Assembly: GCA_046570105.1 (NCBI GenBank)
Contig: JBKHVI010000022.1
Span: 1 to 30,935 of the forward strand
Reading direction: 5' to 3'
DNA length: 30,935 nt
Source of the DNA: Bacteriovoracia bacterium
GTDB lineage: Bacteria > Bdellovibrionota > Bacteriovoracia > Bacteriovoracales > Bacteriovoracaceae
Part shown: in pieces, positions 8,017-19,786 of the stretch
Layout: each line of letters begins with the position of its first letter
Position numbering within the stretch: position 1 is the first letter of the stretch
The notes under the pieces: model-generated
Told to the model about the DNA's origin: nothing
Seen by the model: only the letters and a program-made list of their open reading frames with translations
Databases searched by the model: none
Translations under genes and position numbers: made by a program

Positions 8017-8634
8017 ATGAACAAACCATTTTCTGAAGCCTGTGAACGCAACCGCGAACCCATTTTAGCGGTTTTGCAAAAAGTGATTACCACCAAAGAC
8101 CAGCGTTTGTTGGAAGTGGGCACTGGCACAGGCCAGCATGCGGTTTACTTTGCGCCTCGCTTTCCCTGGATGGAGTGGCATCCCACAGATTTAACGGAAA
8201 ATATCGCGGGTATGAGTCTTTGGTTCAGTGAAGCGAAGATTCCTAGCATTCAAAAACCGGTGCGCTTAGATGTCAGTAAAGATGATTTTCCGAAACTCAA
8301 ATTCGATGTGGTTTACACCGCTAATACCCTTCACATCATGAGCTGGAAGAGCGCCAAGTCCTTTTTTAAACTCTTAGGCAATCGTCTGCGCGAAGGTTCG
8401 CGAGCGGTATTCTACGGGCCATTTAAATATAATGGGGAACACACTTCTGAAAGTAATGCTCAGTTTGAGCTCTCACTTAAAGAGCGTGATCCCGAAAGTG
8501 GCATTAGAAATTTTGAAGATGTGAAGCGCGCTATGGAAAAGAGCGGCTTTTATCTCGTGGAAGATTTCCCGATGCCCGCCAATAACCGCACCTTGGTATT
8601 TCAGCGCTTAAAGCATGTGGCGGGGACTTTTTAA
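8017..8634 (+). CDS. DUF938 family SAM-dependent methyltransferase
   Basis: PFSEACERNREPIL, LEVGTGTGQHA, YGPFKYNG, PESGIR and MPANN are hallmark segments of the family. Confidence 0.9.
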   Translation: MNKPFSEACERNREPILAVLQKVITTKDQRLLEVGTGTGQHAVYFAPRFPWMEWHPTDLTENIAGMSLWFSEAKIPSIQKPVRLDVSKDDFPKLKFDVVYTANTLHIMSWKSAKSFFKLLGNRLREGSRAVFYGPFKYNGEHTSESNAQFELSLKERDPESGIRNFEDVKRAMEKSGFYLVEDFPMPANNRTLVFQRLKHVAGTF

Positions 8635-8638
8635 GCGA

Positions 8639-9298
8639 TTACTTCCAGAACAAATCCCAGTTTACATAGTGGAGATACTGTACGACTCCTTGAAATTGAG
8701 TCATGGTAAGCTCTTCATCATCGAGTGTTCTAAATTTGTTTGTTTGGTAATGTAATCTTCGGCCCATAAGTCTTAAGGCACTGGCGTTAGTCATAACATA
8801 CTCCATACCAGTCTCAATATAGTGGCCTCGAAAAGATGCAGAGTCGTTTGGTTCAAAATTTGTAGTGTTTCCCATTTTGTCTTCGTAGTCTTCTTCGCTA
8901 TAACTTAAATTGTGGGAACCAAATAGATACCCACCACCTATAAACATTTTAAAACGAGTGAGATTAAGAAATCTAAGTCGTGGTCCAGTAAGGCCGGCAA
9001 TAATTAAAGAGGAAGTCTCTAGTGCATCTACTCTCGTCGATTGAAAGTTAAATTGTGATCGGCCAGAACCCGCAAGATAAAGACCGCCAATATTGAGTGT
9101 TAAAAAATTAAAAATGATGATCTCGGTATCAAGCTCTAGACCGATGGCATGTCTCATTTTTAATACACTAATCCCATCGACATCTCGCTCTTCACTCCGA
9201 TGGGCAGAAGTGAATGTTCCACCAGGCCCAAAAATAACATCTGCTCGTGATGCTTGTGACATCGCGAGCAGAAGAAATATGAATATGTGGCGAATCAT
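8639..9298 (-). CDS. Small outer-membrane beta-barrel protein (paralog of 13158-13811)
   Basis: Signal peptide and alternating beta strands. Shares RLRF.N...F.MF.GGGY, E.G.EY and T.KF.TL.DE.L with the 13158-13811 protein. Confidence 0.7.
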   Translation of the reverse strand: MIRHIFIFLLLAMSQASRADVIFGPGGTFTSAHRSEERDVDGISVLKMRHAIGLELDTEIIIFNFLTLNIGGLYLAGSGRSQFNFQSTRVDALETSSLIIAGLTGPRLRFLNLTRFKMFIGGGYLFGSHNLSYSEEDYEDKMGNTTNFEPNDSASFRGHYIETGMEYVMTNASALRLMGRRLHYQTNKFRTLDDEELTMTQFQGVVQYLHYVNWDLFWK

Positions 9299-9300
9299 GC

Positions 9301-9876
9301 TTAGAGGAGAACGAGGCAGTTTTCTTTAAGGCTGGCGCTATTTAGGATGACAGCATCAATATCTGAAGCAAGTGTTTTAGAATTGGGCACTGATTGATGC
9401 CCGGAGAAGGTTTTTTGTAAGTTTGTGCTTAGTTCATGGTGAGCTTCAGGTAAGCATCCAGAATAAAAAGTAATGACTTTCAAATGCTCACCGTGTCCAC
9501 GGGCGACATCGATCAATACTTCTGTTTCGTTTTGGGCAATATAAATTTCACGATCTTTTTTGAGTTGTTGGAGTTGCGCAAAGGCCGAGCACTCGCCAAA
9601 GCTGGAAGTAGACTGAGTTTGAGATGTCCAAACATTAGATGTGTACTTGGTGTCGACTGTCATGGTTGAGGTTTCTGTCGAGGCGTCCGAAGTAACAGTG
9701 GAAGAACCTTCTTTCTTGGTGCCTTGAGTACAGACATTCCAATAGGCCTCACCCATGCCGCCATAGGTATATTTTTTAAAAAGACCGTTATTTAGCATTG
9801 AGCTGCATTTTTTCGAATCTATGGCAAAGGCTGAGCTAGTAATAAGAGTAGCGATTAAAACCAAATAAATTTTCAT
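9301..9876 (-). CDS. Secreted DUF3015-like protein (divergent copy)
   Basis: Signal ending SAFA. C-terminal YIAQN..DVARGHGEHL...SGC matches the DUF3015 core. Ser/Thr-rich middle. Confidence 0.65.
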   Translation of the reverse strand: MKIYLVLIATLITSSAFAIDSKKCSSMLNNGLFKKYTYGGMGEAYWNVCTQGTKKEGSSTVTSDASTETSTMTVDTKYTSNVWTSQTQSTSSFGECSAFAQLQQLKKDREIYIAQNETEVLIDVARGHGEHLKVITFYSGCLPEAHHELSTNLQKTFSGHQSVPNSKTLASDIDAVILNSASLKENCLVLL

Positions 9877-9943
9877 AGTGCTCCCGTATGGGCATGAGTA
9901 TTTATAAAAAGCCTATCATAAAATATTATAGTAGATTTAATTA

Positions 9944-11740
9944 ATGGCCAAAGATTTACTTATACTATTCGTCATAATCCTAATGAGTGCTTCGGGCAAC
10001 GCCATTGCTTTTGATATTGAAGCTGAAGCAGCAAAAGAAGAGTGGCTTGGTCGGTTGCTTTTCGTTGATGGCAAAAGCCTCGTTCAAAACCAAGATTTTT
10101 TCCTTTCTCAAAATGGTCATCTTGATGCGCTTCAGGAGCTTCGTGCGACTGTTAAATTAATTAGAAAAGGTGACTTTAGTTTTGCTTGTAAGTTCCCTGG
10201 TCGCTTTGCCTATCTAGCGCCCAAGTTTGGGATCAATCCAGCTTCTATCGCTTGTGAAAATTTTAGACTTTGGCGTGAGAGCTTTGAAGCTGATGGACTA
10301 AGTATTATGTTTGCGAGTCAGTACTTAGAGAACCCGGCCAGCTCGTTTGGACATACCTATCTCAAAATTAATTCCAAAAAGAAGAGCCTCTATCTTAATA
10401 AAGTTATTTCTTTTGCTGCGACTGTTCCAAAAGAAGTTGGGGCGGCGGAGTATGTTTGGAAAGGTCTGATGGGTGGATTCCCTGGGATCTTCAATGAAAG
10501 TCCATTTTACGTTTTATTCCAGGAATACGCCAATATGGAGAGGCGTGATATTTGGGAATACGAACTGAATTTAGATTCAGAAGAAACCTCTCAAATTCTT
10601 GCCATTCTTTTTGAGGTGATCCATTTCGCTAAATTTGATTATCTATTTTTAACTGATAATTGTTCCTCATTGTTAATTAGACTTATTGATATCGTCGCAA
10701 AAAAATTATTCCACGCTTCTTTGCCAACTTATGTCATCCCAATTGAGACGGTTAAAGTCTTGGACAAAAAAGGAATGTTAAAACAAACGATATATCACCC
10801 TTCCATCACCTCACGTATGGTGCAACAGTCTGAAGCCATGAGTGCTGCAGAAGTTCACGACTTTATGATGTACGTCGAAAAAAATCGGCCGCTGTCGCGT
10901 GACTCCACAGCGAAGAGCTTGGATTTAGGACTTGAGTATTTAAATTTTCAAAGACAAAAACATGGGGGTGTTCTCCCTGATAAGAAAAAAAGAGATTTTG
11001 ATCAATACCTCTTTTTGCGTGCTAAAGAGACCAATCTAGCGAGAAAGGTTGAATATAAAGTTCTTGACCCGATAAAAACATCTCATCCACGAAGGTTTTC
11101 ATTAGGTGCGATGGGGGTGAATGATTCTCCAGTAGGTTTTGCAATACAGTATCGCCCCTTGGGTCGTGATTTTTATGATCGTCCCAATGGCTTTGCTAAA
11201 GAGTCTGAGGTTAATTTCTTTAAGACCATGCTCTATCTTGATCCAGCTCAAACCAAAGATTCTTGGTTCACTGTAGATCTCATTGGGATTCGTAAATTCT
11301 CTGATTACAACTCGATAACCAAAGATTTGAGCTGGGGCGCCAATCTTTCAGCGGGTAATCAGATAAGGGAGAAGTGCTTAAGTTGTTATTACTCGGAGCT
11401 CGATTCACATGTCGGAGTTGGAAAGAGTTTGTGGAAAGATAGAATGACTGGTTACGTAGTTTTTCATCCTACTGTGCGGGTAGGTAATATTGCCCATAAA
11501 TATAATTTCCTTCCGCAGGTAGAAGCAGGAATAATAAACAGCTCAGAAAAGTTTGTATTTAAAGTGGCAGCTTTTCACGGTTTAGTTTATGACGGTTACG
11601 ACAAATCTAGTTTCAATAAATCTAAAACGTCCCTGTCTTGGATTATAAGTAACGAATTTTCATTCAATATGGATTATGAACATTTCCTTCATGGAGCTGC
11701 CTGGAACTCTTGGATGAGTGGCTTCTCTTATTATTTCTAA
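9944..11740 (+). CDS. DUF4105 (Lnb-like N-terminal domain) protein with C-terminal beta-barrel-like region
   Basis: NPASSFGHTYL, EYANMERRDIWEYELNL and YLFLTDNCS give the putative His/Cys catalytic pair. Signal peptide; terminal SGFSYYF. Confidence 0.85.
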   Translation: MAKDLLILFVIILMSASGNAIAFDIEAEAAKEEWLGRLLFVDGKSLVQNQDFFLSQNGHLDALQELRATVKLIRKGDFSFACKFPGRFAYLAPKFGINPASIACENFRLWRESFEADGLSIMFASQYLENPASSFGHTYLKINSKKKSLYLNKVISFAATVPKEVGAAEYVWKGLMGGFPGIFNESPFYVLFQEYANMERRDIWEYELNLDSEETSQILAILFEVIHFAKFDYLFLTDNCSSLLIRLIDIVAKKLFHASLPTYVIPIETVKVLDKKGMLKQTIYHPSITSRMVQQSEAMSAAEVHDFMMYVEKNRPLSRDSTAKSLDLGLEYLNFQRQKHGGVLPDKKKRDFDQYLFLRAKETNLARKVEYKVLDPIKTSHPRRFSLGAMGVNDSPVGFAIQYRPLGRDFYDRPNGFAKESEVNFFKTMLYLDPAQTKDSWFTVDLIGIRKFSDYNSITKDLSWGANLSAGNQIREKCLSCYYSELDSHVGVGKSLWKDRMTGYVVFHPTVRVGNIAHKYNFLPQVEAGIINSSEKFVFKVAAFHGLVYDGYDKSSFNKSKTSLSWIISNEFSFNMDYEHFLHGAAWNSWMSGFSYYF

Positions 11741-13069
11741 TTAAAACCAAATCTCCGTCTGCGCGCCAATCACGCCGGCACTTTTTTGGGTCGGCTGGCC
11801 TGGTAATGTGAGCGTAGATTGTGTGGCAGCGGCGCGATTCCAGTCAAAATAAGAATAATAAAAGCGAATCGAAGGTCTAGTCCAGAATTGACTGGCATCC
11901 GTTGAGGCCTGTAGCGCGAGAGTGTATTTATCCAAATCTTGGCGCGACTGAAATGAACCAGCATTCACTTTTTCAAATCTCGTCAGGCCCACTTCTCCTA
12001 AGAGACTCCAGTATTTTGAAAGCATGTAGTGAGGGCGCACCCCGATACTTGTCCAGCGCATATAATCTTTTGATTCTTGGTAGAGAAGCAGCGTATGGAA
12101 TTTAAGAGCAGATCCCCAATCAATCATGGCATTACTAAATACGCGGTAAGCTGAGCTGGCACTTCCGGCGGCAGCATTAAAACAATTGCCATCAGTTCCA
12201 AAGCAGCCAGGATTCTCCGCCATGGAGCCTTCGGCATACTGGCCGACTAAACGATGGCCCATCAGCTTAGTATTTTTCTGCCACTGCAAAGTGAAAGTCC
12301 GGCCAGCGGTGCGATTGGCGGTATCATCAGCAGTTGAGATAAAAAGATTTTGAATAGCGACTTGAAAGCTCTGATTACCACGCACGTAGTTGGCGCGGAT
12401 GTCAGCGAGATAGTTTTGCTCATTCACATTGGTATCTTCATCATCACTTCCATAACCAATCAGAGCGAAATTATAAATGCCGCCAGCAAAGGGCACATCG
12501 GTGACACCGAATCCGTTACCTGAACTCTGCACATGAAAGCCATCCAGCATGTGAATATCGCCGATATCGCCATCCGAGCGATAGTAGCGACGTCCCACCC
12601 ACAGAGCGGCGTTGTTACCAAAGATGCCCTTGATCTCTACAAAGAGCTGACGATTGCGGCGCGACCAGGTTTCAGTATCGTTGGGGCTGCGTGAATCGTT
12701 AGCGAGATCGAGCATAAAGAAAGGACGCACTTCCACGCCATTTTGTTTCATGATTTTAGAGAAACTAAATTCAGCGTAGTCACGGCACTCATTACCTAAG
12801 CGATAAAAGAGCCCGTCGTTTCGAGGGTAGTTGAGCGCAAAGCATGAACCACTGTCACGGCCGCCGCCGCTCACGAATTGATTGGTGCCGGAGCGAAAGT
12901 AGCCATGAAAGATGGTGGGGAATTCGGGTTGAGTGGCCTTCTCTTCTTTGGCCTTTTGTGCGATCGCCTCATCGATATATTTTTTGATTTCCGGGGAGAG
13001 TTCTGTCGTGGTGCTTTGGGCATAGAGACGAGTCGACATTAAAATGCACAAAAGGAGCATGAGCTTCAT
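11741..13069 (-). CDS. lamB: LamB/maltoporin-family carbohydrate porin
   Basis: FHGYFRSG, YRLGNECRDYAE, LWVGRRYY, RPSIRFYYSY and terminal GAQTEIWF. Confidence 0.85.
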   Translation of the reverse strand: MKLMLLLCILMSTRLYAQSTTTELSPEIKKYIDEAIAQKAKEEKATQPEFPTIFHGYFRSGTNQFVSGGGRDSGSCFALNYPRNDGLFYRLGNECRDYAEFSFSKIMKQNGVEVRPFFMLDLANDSRSPNDTETWSRRNRQLFVEIKGIFGNNAALWVGRRYYRSDGDIGDIHMLDGFHVQSSGNGFGVTDVPFAGGIYNFALIGYGSDDEDTNVNEQNYLADIRANYVRGNQSFQVAIQNLFISTADDTANRTAGRTFTLQWQKNTKLMGHRLVGQYAEGSMAENPGCFGTDGNCFNAAAGSASSAYRVFSNAMIDWGSALKFHTLLLYQESKDYMRWTSIGVRPHYMLSKYWSLLGEVGLTRFEKVNAGSFQSRQDLDKYTLALQASTDASQFWTRPSIRFYYSYFDWNRAAATQSTLTLPGQPTQKSAGVIGAQTEIWF

Positions 13070-13157
13070 AGATACCTTGGAGTGAATGGCGGAAGAGAGG
13101 CTTGTACGAAATTGCTAGGGCGTCAGTCAACAAGAGCTTAAGAGATTTAATGAGGGA

Positions 13158-13811
13158 TTACATATCAACGTATTGAATAAAGGTTCCACCAAAGGAAATT
13201 TGGTCAAACTTAAGGCGTTCATCGGCCAGGGTGACGAATTTCTCAGTTTTTGTAATTGTTCGACGGACTGAGAGTCGAATGCCAGATTCAGCGGAGAAGA
13301 TATACTCGAGGCCTCCTTCCATGAAATATCCTTTCAGGCTTTGTCTTTCGAATTCCTCAAAGCCCTCAGTCGAGTCTTGTCTCTCTTTAAAGTCGTCTTT
13401 ATCGTAAGTTAAGGACAAAAAGCCTTGCTGATAGCCTCCTCCTACAAACATACGAAAGACTTTAAAATTAATAAAACGAAGGCGAGCGCCCAAGATAAAG
13501 CGAGTTAGGCCTGTACCTACTTTTAAGTCTTCAACTTGTGCGCTTTCTGATGAGTCATCGGGGTCAGTATAGTCGTATTGCGCATCTCCAGAACCATAAG
13601 AATAATCAAAAGAAACGAAGCCAGAAATAAACGAGTGACCGAGTTCAATCTCACCTCGAATACCTCCCAAGGGAGATTCAAGGTAGGGGCGATCGTCATC
13701 GTTTTTGTTTTCACTCACTAGACTTCCACCTTGGAGACCAAAGCCTGCGATAAAATCTGCGCGGGCGATGAAAGGTGAGAAGCACAAAAGAAAAATAATA
13801 ATTAACCGCAT
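13158..13811 (-). CDS. Small outer-membrane beta-barrel protein (paralog of 8639-9298)
   Basis: Signal peptide ending ARA. Clear C-terminal-half similarity to 8639-9298. Confidence 0.7.
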   Translation of the reverse strand: MRLIIIFLLCFSPFIARADFIAGFGLQGGSLVSENKNDDDRPYLESPLGGIRGEIELGHSFISGFVSFDYSYGSGDAQYDYTDPDDSSESAQVEDLKVGTGLTRFILGARLRFINFKVFRMFVGGGYQQGFLSLTYDKDDFKERQDSTEGFEEFERQSLKGYFMEGGLEYIFSAESGIRLSVRRTITKTEKFVTLADERLKFDQISFGGTFIQYVDM

Positions 13812-13942
13812 AAGAATATTTTATCGCTAAGTGCAATTGTGGGTTTTAAGACAAACTTAATTTAACGGCAAAAAAAACAGAGTAGAGGGGTCGGGCATAT
13901 TTAAATTCATCATGAGTTCGTTGCCGCCCGATATGACTTTAA

Positions 13943-14797
13943 ATGAAGAAATTACGGTTCGTTTATTCCCTGCTGTTTTTATGGATATGCTCTAGCTGCT
14001 CAAGTCTCTACTATTATCCTGATCGAAACCTTTATGTTAAGCCGGAAAATTTCAATTTTACCTACTCCGAAGTCACTTTTCATGCCAAAGACGGAACTGA
14101 GTTAATTGGCTGGTTCTTTCCATCTAAAACGAAAGAAGTGACAGGAACAATCATACATTTCCACGGCAATAGTCAGAATATGTCGGCGCATTTTTTAGGA
14201 TTATCGTGGGTGATGGATCGCGGGTTTAATCTCTTCGTATTTGATTATCGAGGGTACGGGATCTCGGATGGAAAGCCGACACCGTCAGGTGTCCATCAGG
14301 ATGCAATGGCAGCACTGGACGAGGGCCGAAGGCTATGGAGCGAGAACGGAAAGGGCAAGTTCATAACTTATGGGCAAAGCTTAGGAGGAGCGGTGTTGAT
14401 GCGAGCTCTAGAAGACTATGCCCAAATTGATAAGATTGATCTTGTTGTTCAAGATGGAACATTCATGTCTTATCAAGGAGTCGCCTTTCATAAGCTCTCT
14501 CGCAGTATTTTGTTTTTTTTAAGCCCCCTGGCCTATGTTTTATTCACTGACCAATACAGTTCGGAGAAGATGGTCAAAAAAATCAAACGTCCAGTGCTGG
14601 TGATTGTGGCAGAGAAAGACAATGTTGTTCCTCCGAAGTTATCTCGTGAGCTTTACCAGACACTCGAGACAGAGCAAAAATGGCTATGGGAGATCCCCAA
14701 TGGAACGCATATAACGACCTTTCATGATCCAAAAGGGCCTAATCGCAATCGGTTTGTTGAGTTAGTGGAGTCGCTTAACAAGAGTCCGACTAAGTAG
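13943..14797 (+). CDS. Alpha/beta-hydrolase lipoprotein (YfhR/ABHD-like)
   Basis: Lipobox-like CSS-C. Motifs HFHGN, FDYRGYGISDG, nucleophile GQSLG, acid EKDNVVP and His GTHI. Confidence 0.9.
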   Translation: MKKLRFVYSLLFLWICSSCSSLYYYPDRNLYVKPENFNFTYSEVTFHAKDGTELIGWFFPSKTKEVTGTIIHFHGNSQNMSAHFLGLSWVMDRGFNLFVFDYRGYGISDGKPTPSGVHQDAMAALDEGRRLWSENGKGKFITYGQSLGGAVLMRALEDYAQIDKIDLVVQDGTFMSYQGVAFHKLSRSILFFLSPLAYVLFTDQYSSEKMVKKIKRPVLVIVAEKDNVVPPKLSRELYQTLETEQKWLWEIPNGTHITTFHDPKGPNRNRFVELVESLNKSPTK

Positions 14798-14915
14798 CTC
14801 GTCTTAGGATAATCTTTAGAGAATTTTAATTCATTTAAATTCTAATAAACCGAAAAACTTCTCTAAGAAGCTTAAGAAAAGTTTCATGGATGATGTAGAT
14901 CTACAAGGAGATAGT

Positions 14916-15389
14916 ATGAGAGGTTCGCTTAAGATGTTGGCCTTGTTGGCCGTATTAATGACATTAGCGGCACCTGCATTGGCCGCTAAGAATGCGTGGA
15001 CACAGTGTGGAATTGGCGCCATGGTTTTCCCTAAAACCGGTTGGGCGGCCATGACGTCAAATATGATCTGGGATTTAGGGACGACTGGAACAACTTCATC
15101 TAGTTCGTCTGAGTCTCAGTGTGCAGGACGTGCATCAACTGCGGCCAAATTCATTCACCAAAACTACGCGGTCATTGAAGAAGAAACTGTGGTTGGAGAA
15201 GGGGCGCACATCAAAACGGTGCTCAATATTCTTGACTGCAAAAATAACAGTCATGATAAGATCATCAAGTCACTTCGTACTCAGTATGCTAATGGCGTTG
15301 ATTCTGTCGTTCCATCAGATGAAGCGTATTTTAATAATTTGATGGAAGTTATTGAGAGCGATTACCCTACTCAATGCAAAACTACCTAA
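14916..15389 (+). CDS. Secreted DUF3015 family protein
   Basis: Start moved to ATG 14916 behind AAGGAG. Signal ending ALA. Segments WTQCGIGAMVF..SNMIWDLGTT..C and FIHQN..GEGAHI..LDC. Confidence 0.85.
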   Translation: MRGSLKMLALLAVLMTLAAPALAAKNAWTQCGIGAMVFPKTGWAAMTSNMIWDLGTTGTTSSSSSESQCAGRASTAAKFIHQNYAVIEEETVVGEGAHIKTVLNILDCKNNSHDKIIKSLRTQYANGVDSVVPSDEAYFNNLMEVIESDYPTQCKTT

Positions 15390-17158
15390 AGATTCTATTG
15401 ATGGTTTCTTGTTTTAGGGCTTTTGCCCTAGAACAAGAAGCCATTAACTCTTTAGCTCAAAAAACACAATGGCTCAAACTTCTTCACTACGACTCAAACA
15501 CATCTCGCATCATCAATTCAGATTTCTTTCTTTCGCCAGATGGTCAGCTAAATCCGTTAGGTGAATTACAAGCAACGATTCAAGGCCTAAAGGAAAGTCC
15601 CGCTCTTTCTTGTCGTTTTCCGGCGCGCCGTTTGTGGCTTGAGCAACAAGGTATGCAGTTTGCTCCCTTTACCTGCCCCGAATGGGAGCAATGGACTCGA
15701 GGTAAAACTGTTCGAAGTGTCAGTGTGATTTTTGCAGATGGATTTTTAGGTAATCCAGCTTCTTTTTTTGGCCATCCATTGCTCAAGATAAATTTTATGG
15801 GAGCGGAGAGTCCCTTAATGGAAACGGCGATTAACTACGGGGCCTTTACTCCTCAAGATGTGAATCCTGCGGAGTATGCCATCTTCGGAATTTTTGGTGG
15901 ATATCAGGCCGGCTTTACCACAGCAGAGTTCTACTTTCATCGCTCAAATTACGCTGAGCTTGAGCTGCGTGATATGTGGGAATATGAATTAAAATTATCT
16001 TCCTCTGAACGTGATCTCTTGGTCGCCCATCTTTTTGAAATGATGTCAGCGCGCTTAAAATATTATTTTTTCGGCGATAACTGCGCTTACCGTATGTCCT
16101 ATGCGCTTGAATTGGCGACTGGAAAAAAACTACAAGCGATTATCCCTGTCGCCATTCCTATTTCTTTGTTTCATCGACTGAGTGAAGAAAGTCTGATCTC
16201 AAAACCTCAAAGATGGAAGTCACGGCAAACTCGCTTACGCGAGAACTATCTTGGGTTGTCTGCTGAAGAACGTGATCTTGTGAAACAGTTAGCTGTGGAT
16301 ACGAACACAATGCAAAAAGCACCATTTCTTTCATTAGGGGAAGGGAAACGGGCACATATCATAGAGGTAGCGCTGGATTATGAAGCGTTTATGCTAGCTC
16401 AAGATAATACGTCAGAGCGAATCCAACGAAAAAAACAACTGCTTAGAGCGAGGGCCGCATTGCCCGCTGGACGAGGTAAGAGTCGTGAGATGAATAAGCG
16501 TCCTCCTCATGAATCACAAAAACCAATCTTGACTGGCATGGGTTTTACGAAAAGTGAAAAATGGGGTGATGGTGGGAGCCTTCGAGTTAGGCCAGTCTTT
16601 TACGATTTAATTTCTCCAGATGCTGGTCGCCCTGCCTTATCCAGTTTAAGTGTTTTCGATTTAGAGGCCGATTACTTTCAATCAGAATTCAGAATTAAAA
16701 AGTTCGATGCCATTAGTATTGAAAATTTAAATCGCTCTATAACGGGGCTGCCAGGTGATGGTGGGTGGGCCTGGCGCTTGCGAGTGGGGGCCGATCAATT
16801 AAATCTTGCCTGTCGCGATTGTTTAGCGGCTCGTGCGGAAGCAGGGCTTGGACAAGCGATTGAACTGCATTCTGAGTTTGTTTTTTGGGCGATGCTTGAT
16901 CCACGGTTGCAAAGTAGCGTCGATGGAAGTGGACATTTAAGTTTAAGGCCCCACGCTTCTGTGTTGATTACCTTAAGCAATGATGTCCGTATGCTCGCTT
17001 CGCTTGGACGTCGTTATTATCTTGATCGCAATTTGCCCAGTGAAACTATGAGTAATATCGAGATGCGCCTAGGTTCAAACAAATCTTGGGATATTCGAAT
17101 GGGTTATGAAGTGCATCTAGACCATCGTGCTAGCTTGATGCTCAATTTTTATCAGTGA
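15374..17158 (+). CDS. DUF4105 (Lnb-like N-terminal domain) protein with C-terminal beta-barrel-like region
   Basis: WLKLLHY, CRFPAR, NPASFFGHPLL, ELRDMWEYEL and YYFFGDNCAY. Overlaps the DUF3015 gene by 16 bp. Confidence 0.88.
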   Translation: MQNYLKILLMVSCFRAFALEQEAINSLAQKTQWLKLLHYDSNTSRIINSDFFLSPDGQLNPLGELQATIQGLKESPALSCRFPARRLWLEQQGMQFAPFTCPEWEQWTRGKTVRSVSVIFADGFLGNPASFFGHPLLKINFMGAESPLMETAINYGAFTPQDVNPAEYAIFGIFGGYQAGFTTAEFYFHRSNYAELELRDMWEYELKLSSSERDLLVAHLFEMMSARLKYYFFGDNCAYRMSYALELATGKKLQAIIPVAIPISLFHRLSEESLISKPQRWKSRQTRLRENYLGLSAEERDLVKQLAVDTNTMQKAPFLSLGEGKRAHIIEVALDYEAFMLAQDNTSERIQRKKQLLRARAALPAGRGKSREMNKRPPHESQKPILTGMGFTKSEKWGDGGSLRVRPVFYDLISPDAGRPALSSLSVFDLEADYFQSEFRIKKFDAISIENLNRSITGLPGDGGWAWRLRVGADQLNLACRDCLAARAEAGLGQAIELHSEFVFWAMLDPRLQSSVDGSGHLSLRPHASVLITLSNDVRMLASLGRRYYLDRNLPSETMSNIEMRLGSNKSWDIRMGYEVHLDHRASLMLNFYQ

Positions 17159-17247
17159 GAGTGCTTTACTCTGTTAATTGTTTCACTTTTGTCTCATTAC
17201 AACACAAAGCATGATTCTTCATAAACATCTGATATCCTTGCAGGCTC

Positions 17248-19585
<2,338 letters not shown>

Positions 19586-19594
19586 ATTCTTTAG

Positions 19595-19623
19595 AGGTCG
19601 CTCCTTTATTGGGGCGGCTTTTT
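19595..19623 (+). terminator. Intrinsic terminator of katG
   Basis: AGGTCGCTCC-tttatt-GGGGCGGCTT (G-U containing stem) running into a T tract, about 10 bp after the stop. Confidence 0.7.
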
Positions 19624-19624
19624 A

Positions 19625-19786
19625 TCCTCAATTCGCCCGTATAGCCTGAAGCTTGATTTATTTTTATTTAATGGATTACCTTGAAGGCGCCTCAAGCTTT
19701 CTATCTGTTCATTTTGAATCATTCTGGCAAAAAATATTGAATCTTAATGGGCCCTGTGCGCCAGAATGAGACGGGCGAATTGAGGA
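19625..19786. mobile_element. MITE-like non-coding element (162 bp)
   Basis: Perfect 16-bp terminal inverted repeats TCCTCAATTCGCCCGT / ACGGGCGAATTGAGGA, flanked by TTA direct repeats (19622-19624, 19787-19789). Two internal hairpins. Confidence 0.6.
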
